Below are positions 1 to 8,787 of a DNA stretch of 42,292 nt, in pieces. The translations under genes were made by a program, and so were the position numbers. Numbering within the stretch: position 1 is the stretch's first letter; the number at the start of each line of letters is the position of its first letter. The notes under the pieces were generated by a model. That model saw nothing but the letters and a program-made list of their open reading frames with translations. It searched no databases and had not been told where the DNA came from. The DNA is taken from assembly GCA_024181965.1 (NCBI GenBank), contig BQXS01000115.1, forward strand, positions 1 through 42,292, written 5' to 3'. The stretch is from Aduncisulcus paluster. Its lineage: Eukaryota.

Positions 1-707
1 TGCTTTATGCCTTCAAGACGAGGCAGAAGAGCCAAATTGACACCACGAGATTCTCTGTTATGGTCATTAAGGTGGCTGAGAAGCGGAATTAATATGAAAG
101 AGCTTGCTAAACTAAGCTATGTAAGCTATGTAACGTTTCATCGGGCTATCTGGCAGGCCTTAGTAATTATGGAGGAACAAATTGTTCCAAAATTATTATT
201 TAGGCCACCAATCGACGAATTACCAGTTGCCTTGATGAGAAAGCATTGCGACGTATCGACATTTGATGAGAAAGCATCGGTATTCCCTTCCTAATAGGAG
301 GGTAGAAGAAGACGAGGAAGGTCAAGATGCACCAGCTGAACACTCACCAAACTTATCTTTGCTCTCTCAAAGTGCCGTTTTAACCAGTGATTCACGTCCA
401 ACCGAAGAAGAAGATGATTAGATCGAGTTCAAGCATTGTAACATAATTACGAGATATTAAACAATAAATATTCATTGTTTCTGTATTTAATTAAGAAAAT
501 ATCATATTTTACGATAATACAATTCCGATATTAATCAATTACGGAAAAATCAATGAAATTTCACATCTGGCGGACCAATTTCAAAATTCGAACCAATTTC
601 GAAATTGCCGACTAATTTCGAAATTGCTGACCAATAAAGTTTATTGATGGAGTAATTTCTTTATTAAAAATAATTTCGAAATACCCCCCCTATTCGGAAA
701 TTCCCCT
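1..707 (+). mobile_element. Right part of a defective DNA transposon of the PIF/Harbinger-ISL2EU (IS5-like) group; transposase internally deleted
   Basis: ORF 7..294 GRRAKLTPRDSLLWSLRWLRSGINMKELAKLSYVSYVTFHRAI fits the helix-turn-helix that precedes DDE_Tnp_4 nucleases. No DDE core follows; an acidic tail lies in another frame (to stop at 421). Subterminal palindromic repeats at 573-682 and a C-rich candidate terminus at about 707. Confidence 0.6.
573..635. repeat. About 3.3 tandem copies of an 18-19 bp unit (GACCAATTTCGAAATTGCY) with the palindrome AATTTCGAAATT; a further core at 672-682
   Basis: Read directly: gaccaatttcaaaattcg / aaccaatttcgaaattgcc / gactaatttcgaaattgct / gaccaat. Confidence 0.85.
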
Positions 708-1131
708 ATCAAAATAAAAGCTTCATTAAATGGTTAAATAATTTAACTTAAATTAACCGAGATTCGTCACAGACATTATGACAGATGCCCCTCATTCCAA
801 AGACAAGGAACACAGATCACAGGTCCCAAAAGCCTGAGATATCGAGAATAAACACCATGGCATGGAAATGAAAATAAAACATGTTTTTATCGTTTACCAG
901 CATTTAACTCGTTTATATGTGTTTTTTTAAATTTCCAATCTTATCTATTGAAGGGTTGCTTGTTCAGTTGTTGGCGGCTGAGACCGATGTCCATTTTTTC
1001 TTGGCAAGCAAGCAAATCGTATGTTTACTATATGTCATTTCTTTTATTAAATGTATATTAAGAAATATTTTAACCGGATTCATTCATTTTTCTGCTCGTT
1101 TTTATTTTTTTAAGATATTCTATCTATTCAA

Positions 1132-2698
1132 ATGAGTTCATCCACAGATGTTATTATTCAAAACGTGGAACCTGAGTTTATTCATGAAGGAGATTGGTAT
1201 TCTTGTCCAATTCCTTGAGATGCCCCCAATATTAAGAGTGCGAAGTTTCCAACTATCGAAGCAATAGATGGAACCAAGGAAGTAGGAGATGAAGAGTACG
1301 ATCAGAATTCTGAAGCACAAAAGATGATGAGAGGAGAGGATAATGATGGAAATTTTACCCATATCTCCATTCCTTTCTCTTCGTCTTCCCCAATGAAAGG
1401 GGCTTATATCTGTCTTTATGGTTTTACTCATTCTTTACCTCCATCACACCTTATCTTCACTCTCATATCTTCAAAGGGTGATAAAACATCCAAGAAATAC
1501 GAGTTTCCTGGATTTAAAGGTTTTCCTTGGTATTTCCTTCCTGTTGATCTCCCTGATGTTGTTCTGTGTGAGATTACAGGGAAAGGAAGAGAGGAAGAGT
1601 ATTTTGGAATCCGTTCCCTTGTTTTCATTAGAGAAGAAACCCCTGAAGAAATCAAATCTCGTGAAGCCAGTGAGAAACTATGGTCTGAAACNNNNNNNNN
1701 NNNNNNNNNNNAGTAGGAGATGAAGAGTACGATCAGAATTCTGAAGCACAAAAGATGATGAGAGGAGAGGATAATGATGGAAATTTTACCCATATCTCCA
1801 TTCCTTTCTCTTCGTCTTCCCCAATGAAAGGGGCTTATATCTGTCTTTATGGTTTTACTCATTCTTTACCTCCATCACACCTTATCTTCACTCTCATATC
1901 TTCAAAGGGTGATAAAACATCCAAGAAATACGAGTTTCCTGGATTTAAAGGTTTTCCTTGGTATTTCCTTCCTGTTGATCTCCCTGATGTTGTTCTGTGT
2001 GAGATTACAGGGAAAGGAAGAGAGGAAGAGTATTTTGGAATCCGTTCCCTTGTTTTCATTAGAGAAGAAACCCCTGAAGAAATCAAATCTCGTGAAGCCA
2101 GTGAGAAACTATGGTCTGAAACTCAAGTTGTGAAACCAGAGTTTAAGGAAGTAGTTTGGGAAGATGAAGATTCTATTCCCATTCCACGAGATGATCCAAA
2201 GCTTGTAGATCCTTCATTCGCAATTGTTAAGTGCAAAGATGATTCGAGGAGTAAGGAATCTGTGAAGTATGATCTGAGTTCAAGAGCACAAGCAAGGAAT
2301 CTAAGAAGTATGATAAGAGTTCAAATGCACAAAAAATGTTAAAAGGGGAAGATAAAGTATCCTTATCCCATCTTTCTATACCTTTCCCATCACCTAGTCC
2401 TATGAAAGGTGCTTTTATCTGTGTGGATAAGTATGATAGTTCTCCCTCTCTTCTCTTCACTTTCACTGATTGTGATGGTAAGAAAACATGCAAGAAGTAT
2501 GAATTCATAAGACCAAAACATTGGTTTGAATGGCATTTCCTTCCTATTGATTTGGATAACGTTGTATTGTGTGAGATTGAAGGGAAAGGAATGTGGTGTA
2601 ATATGAATAGTAGAAGTTTCTGGATCTCCTCCCTTGTATTTACTCTGCCAGAGGAAACCATTGTAGTTGAACGATTATCTCTTCTTCCATGGAAATGA
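1132..2698 (+). pseudogene. Disrupted gene of a lineage-specific family with two tandem copies of a beta-rich domain (HxSIPF...MKGAxIC...KKYEF...WxFLPxDL...LCEIxGKG...IxSLVF)
   Basis: ATG 1132 is in frame with ORF 1324 but interrupted by TGA at 1216-1218 (PIP*D, versus PIPRD in the second domain). Frameshift at 2250-2331 between ORFs 1755..2342 and 2336..2698. 1281-1691 is falsely duplicated at 1712-2122 across the N gap. Confidence 0.75.
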
Positions 2699-2747
2699 TT
2701 ATTATTATCCAAGGATATGCAAATAGGGACATTGATTCCCTTGAGAC

Positions 2748-2975
2748 GATGGAAGACATGAAATACAATGCTGTGTGTATAAAGTTCTTGAAATCGTTGA
2801 TGGTCTGCTGAACCCTGACAGTTTCAAACGAATTCCCATCCACCAAACCCATTCCTTGACTAAAGAACTCAAGAATATCCTCCCCCGTGTTGGAGAAGGG
2901 TGGGAATGTCAATCCATCGAAGAGTACATTGCCTGTCAGCTTGAAGAGTATGATGGGTGTACAGGGACAATCTAA
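2748..2975 (+). pseudogene. Probable C-terminal fragment of a protein kinase (subdomain XI-like DGLLNPDSFKRIPIHQ plus LPRVGEGWECQSIEEY tail)
   Basis: LLxxDxxKR pattern of kinase subdomain XI. No upstream kinase lobes and no ATG-initiated ORF covering it. Family assignment is from recollection. Confidence 0.4.
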
Positions 2976-3193
2976 AGCAGTGAGAAATGAGTTATAAATC
3001 CAGTTTTTTTCCTTTTTGACAAGGATTTGCTATAAATATGGCTCATATTATGAGTTCAAAAAATTGGTTTACTTCGGTTTTCAAAAATATTTTTCAGTGA
3101 AAATTATTCACCACAACTCACTTCCTAAACTTTCATAAACAAAGTAAAATGATGCAAATGTCATCTCTGACTGTCATTAATGACTCAGATATA

Positions 3194-4503
3194 TTAAAAT
3201 CTAACTTCAAATTTCCCAGCACGAATGATATATTTGACTCCCTTGAAGAATTTATACTTTTCACGGCTGAGGGTAAGTTTGCGGATGTGAAGTCCACTTA
3301 GACTGCGTTTTTGGACACAAGAAAACCTCACAGAGGCGACAGGGAGCTGTTTTGGTTTCCCCTCTCCTTCTTCATTCTCAATAATAACTTTTAACTCTGG
3401 CTTTAGATCGGATGACACAGAACCCACTTTCCACTCAAGAACACGGGCCTTGATATCAACGGCTGTCTTGCCAGTGTTAACGTCTACGGTACCGATATTA
3501 ATACCCTCGCCCATGGGGATTCGAATGGTCACGCCAGAGGCCTCATAGCCACCACGAGTGCCACAAGAGAGCTTCAAACGACCACTCTTGTTCTTCCCAT
3601 TCCACATGACGGTGGGGGTTGTATAGAATGGGATGGCAGCAGACATGCGTGCTGATCTGTACGATAACAGGCGAGAAACACCATCAGGAGGGATGAAAGA
3701 CACGACCTTTTGCTCCTCAAACCTTTTGAGACGGACACATGGGTGTAAGCAACAGTCAGAAAGAGCAGAAGGATCAGAAAACTCCAATAAAAGATCCGGA
3801 GTTCCAGATAAGTTGCACTTCATGTCGATATGACCACGGACAGAAGCACTCGATGAGACACCACTTGAATCGATCACGGCATCAACATTCTCAACAATAT
3901 CAAAATAGACATTATTTCTGGAATGAGTAATTCCACCTCCTCTCCAAGGAATGGCAGTCATACACTCAGTGGGGAGCTTTTTATCATGAATCTCTTCAGT
4001 GGCACTCTTGGCAGCAGAACGTGAGGTTGGATCAACGAGAGTGGAAATAACATTAGGTTCAGTATTCATGGGATGTCCTCCATCACAAATCTCATCAATT
4101 AGCTGATATACAGTAATAAAGTTGTCCTTTAAGACCTTGGCAGTCACATCATCGAAATAAAGACGAGCTAAACCAGAAATACGATGTAAAAATGTGATAA
4201 CCATCATAGGAGATGATTCTTCATCAGTAATGGCAATAAACTGGACATCTTTGACAGATATAGGAATTACATAATTAGCTCCTAGTTCAATGACTGGCTC
4301 TCCCCTATGAGCAGTTTCAAAAAAGCGAGTAAGGATAGACCGATCAATCACGCCAAAGAAATGCCTTTCAGCGATTACATTTCTAAGGTACAGCACAGAA
4401 TATTATGGACTATTAAAAATGATGATTAGAAAATCAAAAAAACCAAAAAAATCAATCAAAATACGTACTGAGTGGAATCCACCACAAAAATGCTCTTTAT
4501 CAT
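3194..4503 (-). CDS. AP3M: Adaptor protein complex AP-3 mu subunit, 407 aa; exons 4503-4469 and 4382-3194
   Basis: Splicing restores MIKSIFVVDSTQNVIAERHF (longin N-terminus). Motifs KDNFITVYQLIDEICDGGHPMNTEPN, IPWR, NNVYFDIVE, CNLSGTPDL, LHPCVRLKRFE, SFIPPDG and FKGVKYIIRAGKFEVR are typical of mu3. Confidence 0.92.
4383..4468 (-). other. Spliceosomal intron, 86 nt (GTACGT...CTTAG), phase 2
   Basis: Removal joins CA|A AAT GTA and restores the conserved mu-adaptin N-terminus. Confidence 0.88.
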
Positions 4504-4851
4504 TCTGTCAAATTCAACTTCTATCACAGAGAGCTATGTCAGTTCGTAAATTGGGAATTAAATGCTATTTTGATTGTGAATTTCAAACAGACATTTGATT
4601 ACAGCTAATATTTTATTTTATATTTTTTATAAAATTAAGCAAACACGTAGATAGAGATAATATATCTACGGGGTGATTTGGTGTATTTTACAGAATTTTT
4701 ATTGTTTAAACATAAGTAATATGTCGATTTATGAAAAAAAGATGTGTTAAATATTCTTATATCGCATTGAACAATGTTACAGCGCCAAAATTCAAATTTT
4801 TGTCTGATGCGAATATAAATACTATTTATAGTATAGTTATTTTACATTAAT

Positions 4852-5595
4852 ATGGACAGTTTTCACGACGATAAAACAAAAAGTCTCATTAGTGATGCAG
4901 TTAAACTCTTAGATGAATCGGCAATATGTATTCCGACCATTGCTTCAATGTCTAACAAATATTTCAATCAAAAATCGACTAAAACAGAAAATCCAATATT
5001 AAGAGAATGCCCTTCTGTTGATATTGGGCCTCCCCTGTCTCCTAATATTTCTGACATTCTAGGTGATAAGGCAGCCCAAAAATTGCAAAAAGAATTACTC
5101 AAACTTCGTGGACATATTGCAGAGATTGTTCCTACTAGTTCAAAAGAAAAATATTCAAAATCTTCTGAAATATCCGTCCCTCCTTCGGCCAAAGAGAGAA
5201 GAGACCCAATGTATCAATATTTTCCAACTTCACTTCCTGATTCGTATTGGTTGGATCAGGGGGTGAAGAAAAAAAATACTTCCCGTTCAAAAAAAACTGG
5301 GAAGGTTGTACGCCTGGAGAGAAAGGTCAGGAGTCTTAGCACTTCTTCTTCTGCGTTAAAAACTAATGTTAAACAGCAAAAGAGAGAGAATGAGCGTTTA
5401 AGAAGTATGTTGTCGTCGTCGACAGCTAAATGGAGGAAAAGGGCAGAGTTAGCCGAAAAAGAAGTTGAAAGACTAAAAATATCACTTAAAAAAAGTGAAA
5501 AATTAAGAATTGAGCAAGCTAAACTTCTTCATATATATTGTAGGCAACGTAACATGATTGAACGGGGTGATGGACAATTTGAGATTAAGGAATAA
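4852..5595 (+). CDS. Hypothetical coiled-coil protein, 247 aa; C-terminus weakly reminiscent of TEX9
   Basis: ATG-initiated ORF with a heptad-rich C-terminal half. QAKLLHIYCRQRNMIE only loosely resembles the TEX9 C-terminal motif. Confidence 0.65.
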   Translation: MDSFHDDKTKSLISDAVKLLDESAICIPTIASMSNKYFNQKSTKTENPILRECPSVDIGPPLSPNISDILGDKAAQKLQKELLKLRGHIAEIVPTSSKEKYSKSSEISVPPSAKERRDPMYQYFPTSLPDSYWLDQGVKKKNTSRSKKTGKVVRLERKVRSLSTSSSALKTNVKQQKRENERLRSMLSSSTAKWRKRAELAEKEVERLKISLKKSEKLRIEQAKLLHIYCRQRNMIERGDGQFEIKE

Positions 5596-5722
5596 AATAC
5601 GCATTGGTTTGAAATTTTTTCTACAATATTCACAAGATTTTAATGGGTAATACTAAATTATCTTATTCCATTTATCAGGTTGAAAAGGAAGAGAAAGCAA
5701 ATCCTATGTTTTGATAGGTTTG

Positions 5723-6120
5723 ATGGGATTAGAAACTACTTCAACAGCTCCTCCCGCCACTCATGATCTTAGAAATCTCGTAGCGTGTACAGATTGCCGT
5801 CTATTAAAAACATTAGATCAATTTAAGGAAAATGGTTGTGAAAACTGTGATCACCATGCTGATCCTCAAACATATACAACATCTCACTTTTCAGGGTATG
5901 TAATTATTGACTTTTCCCCTATTTTTTTCCAAAGCATCTTCTTTATGCATTAATTCATGAAATTTCTCTTATTCATTGGATTAGAGTGACTCTCGTGTTA
6001 GATAGTTCCGAAAAAAGTTGGATTGCCAAAAGATTAGACTTAGATAAAAGGGCTATTGGTATGTATGCTCTTGATATTGTGAAAGATGACGAGGCTATGG
6101 GTCATGAAGATGACGAGTAA
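5723..6120 (+). CDS. SPT4: Transcription elongation factor Spt4, 102 aa; exons 5723-5895 and 5985-6120
   Basis: LRNLVACTDCRLLKTLDQFKENGCENC zinc finger and TTSHFSG; after the intron VTLVLDSSEKSWIAKRL...GMYALDI. Confidence 0.95.
5896..5984 (+). other. Spliceosomal intron, 89 nt (GTATGT...TTAG), phase 2
   Basis: Removal gives GG|A GTG and restores the Spt4 SWIAK and GxYA motifs. Confidence 0.92.
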
Positions 6121-6324
6121 TTAAATATTTTATATTCAATTTTTTTAAAATAAAACAAATGATTTTTCAGAAGATGTGTTATTTTATTATCCAAAGAATT
6201 CTGTAAGTTTGAAATCTCTTTTGTCGACAATATACAAGGTATAATCAAACAAAAACGAATTTTTTGTTTTTTAATTTAATTTTATTATCTATTGATTTCA
6301 TTTTTCTTTTCAATTATTTACAGT

Positions 6325-6687
6325 ATGCCGAAATCAAAGAGTAACAGAAAAATATCTAAAACTTCGAAAAAAAAAGCTTCTGTTGATGTATCCAAGATGT
6401 CACAGGAAGAGTTGAGCGCATATCTAAAGATGTTATATCCCAATGATCCCGTTGCTGGAGATATCAAGATATTTAGTATTCATCATACAGATCGATTGGG
6501 AGAAAGAACCGATGATAAAAAAGAAGCATATAAAGCTGTTTCAGCTGATTTTCACGATTCGAAACCTGGAGAAAAGAAATTGGCTAAACTCGCAAAGAAA
6601 AAGATTAAAGAAAAAAAAATCGAGAAAGATAAAGCCATGGGTGGAACTCGTTCAACTTCAAGTGAAGAAGGAATTGTGAAATTGTGA
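6325..6687 (+). CDS. Small lysine-rich hypothetical protein, about 120 aa; possible upstream intron ending at CAG 6323
   Basis: ATG 6325 follows a pyrimidine tract and TTTACAG. Candidate donors are GTAAGT at 6203 or GTATAA at 6239. No family recognised. Confidence 0.6.
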   Translation: MPKSKSNRKISKTSKKKASVDVSKMSQEELSAYLKMLYPNDPVAGDIKIFSIHHTDRLGERTDDKKEAYKAVSADFHDSKPGEKKLAKLAKKKIKEKKIEKDKAMGGTRSTSSEEGIVKL

Positions 6688-7182
6688 GGACTTTCATTGA
6701 TTTTTATGTCATATTACCATGATAGACCTTATGAACCTCCACTATATATTACCCTCTCAATTCCGAAGTAAATAAAATATATTTTCGAATTTTTTTCTGA
6801 TATTATGTCAAATTGAAGGCATATTTTTCGGTATTGTAACTAGGCGATTGCCAATCGGTCAGTGGCCATGATGATTTTGTCTTTGTTTTGTGTGCTATCG
6901 GAGTATTTATTGAATATTTATTGAATTATTGTTATGTCAAATACTAGAAATAGACTAATTGCTGCCTATATCTTGCAGGAACTTCTCCCACATCGTCCCA
7001 ATGCCGACCAATTGTTTTCTTTGGTTTCTAAATCATCTAAATTAAAAATAACCAAAAAAGTAAGTTTTATTGTATATTTAATTTAGTATTTTTACTTAGA
7101 AGCATATTTTTACTGTTGTNNNNNNNNNNNNNNNNNNNNTGTGCTATCGGAGTATTTATTGAATATTTATTGAATTATTGTT

Positions 7183-8026
7183 ATGTCAAATACTAGAAAT
7201 AGACTAATTGCTGCCTATATCTTGCAGGAACTTCTCCCACATCGTCCCAATGCCGACCAATTGTTTTCTGTGGTTTCTAAATCATCTAAATTAAAAATAA
7301 CCAAAAAAGTAAGTTTTATTGTATATTTAATTTAGTATTTTTACTTAGAAGCATATTTTTACTGTTGTTTTCTTCTTTGAAATCATAATCCGGATATTCC
7401 CATTTCTTAGCAATGCGAACAATATTTGCGGGAATTTACCGCTGAATCCTTTGCTACGTATGTATTACTTATAATTTTTTCGTGATAATATTTTCTTCTT
7501 TTTTCTAATCTTTGATTCTGTGCCATGCAGTGAAATTCAACGATCTAAGATCATATCGTCTCTGAAAGAACAAATGCTTAAATCCATTTCTAAACAGCTT
7601 AAAGCGCAAGTAATGAGTCCTGAACGAATATTAGAACTTGGTATGAAAGTTGATAGCCTCATACTCCAGGGGTACCCCATCAAAGCTCAAGTTGAGATGA
7701 AAAATCTCATGGGATATCTCATGAAAGGGAAGATAGGGCATGAATTTGGAGTTTTTGTTGAACCAGTGACAGATGTTGTTGCCCCTGGTTATTCCAGCAT
7801 TGTTAAGACTCCAATGTCCTTCCAAGACATCGTCCGAAAGCTTGATGCCGATGAATATGGATTTACCGTCAACTTTTTCGCTGATTTAATGGTTGTTATA
7901 TCTAATGCTCTGCATTATAATCCGCCTGGAACTCCCGTGTTCCAAATTGCTAAGAAACTTAAACAAGTCGTGATGCAAAAAATACAAGGAATGTGGTTGA
8001 GGCTCCATAGTCAAGCTGATAGATAA
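7183..8026 (+). CDS. Single-bromodomain protein (BRD7/BRD9-type domain), 222 aa; exons 7183-7308, 7411-7457, 7531-8026
   Basis: FGVFVEPVTDVVAPGYSSIVKTPMSF...FADLMVVISNALHYNPPGTPVFQIAKKL keeps the acetyl-lysine-binding Tyr and Asn. Two GT-AG introns give a continuous frame from ATG 7183; exon 1 is falsely duplicated at 6934. Confidence 0.88.
7309..7410 (+). other. Spliceosomal intron, 102 nt (GTAAGT...CTTAG), phase 0
   Basis: Canonical donor and acceptor; frame preserved. Confidence 0.75.
7458..7530 (+). other. Spliceosomal intron, 73 nt (GTATGT...CTAAT...GCAG), phase 2
   Basis: Canonical donor, branch-like CTAAT at 7505, and AC|T GAA joins the bromodomain ORF in frame. Confidence 0.8.
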
Positions 8027-8171
8027 GATGATAATATTTGATTCTCATTTATACATTTTATCATCGGGAATTCTACTTATTGGTTGTTTATGGCTGTTGA
8101 TACCGGTCTATTTGTTCCATCTTTTGATCGGCACCAAAGCTTATGGTTTTCCGTGAGGAAATGGTGACAAC

Positions 8172-8429
8172 ATGGAGGGGAAGACATTTGAAGGCCCATT
8201 CCGTTATTTTTCTCATCTTTCCATTCCTTTTCCATCACCTTGTCCAACTAAAGGTGCTTATATTTGCGTCAATAGAGATTATAGTCTTCCCTCTCTTCTC
8301 TTCTCTTTCACCAGTACTGATGGAAAGAAAACCTTTACGGGGTATGAAATTGGAAGATACAGGCATTGGCATGAATGGCATTTCCTACATAATAAACCAC
8401 CTGTAATAGATATGTATTATCTGATATAA
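8172..8429 (+). pseudogene. Truncated solo copy of the domain family seen at 1132-2698
   Basis: FSHLSIPFPSPCPTKGAYICVNRDYSLPSLLFSFTSTDGKKTFTGYEI...HEWHFL aligns with ORF 2336..2698, but similarity stops after WHFL. Confidence 0.75.
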
Positions 8430-8787
8430 TATTTTCATATGTGATTCTGACTTTTTAATTCATTTGTTCCCCGCAATAGAAATTTTGGAAATGGAACGGG
8501 GAAACAGTGAAATCTTGATTGTAATTTGCATTTAAATGTTTGTATGAATATTATTTTGTGTTTTTGTTGATGTTGTTAACTGTAAATTCTAAAAATAGAA
8601 ATTCTAAAAATAGATTTTTGGGAAGTAAAATAGTTATTAATCTTGTATAGCACTGCAAGATTAGTGATATGATATCACTGATATCATTAACTAGAATGCC
8701 TCGATTGGAATTTTGAGCCAGAATTAGTGAAAAGTAGATATTCAAGATCTTGAATTAAGAGCTCTACGGATTGGAGAAGATTAAAAT

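Noticed and set aside
573..635. Short palindromic repeats as a CRISPR array
   Set aside because: The units abut with no unique spacers, there are no cas genes, and the context is eukaryotic.
917..1135. 72-aa Phe/Ile-rich ORF, and similar short ORFs at 8551, 17370, 36533, 38827 and 39087
   Set aside because: Translations of AT-rich intergenic or intronic DNA, mostly with non-ATG starts.
1216..1218. TGA as selenocysteine or an alternative genetic code
   Set aside because: It aligns to Arg rather than Cys, the same gene also has a frameshift, and all three stop codons terminate normal genes in the window.
1324..2133. Apparent tandem duplicate genes (1324..1716 and 1755..2342, with their shadow ORFs)
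   Set aside because: Apparently identical sequence on both sides of a 20-N gap, i.e. an assembly overlap.
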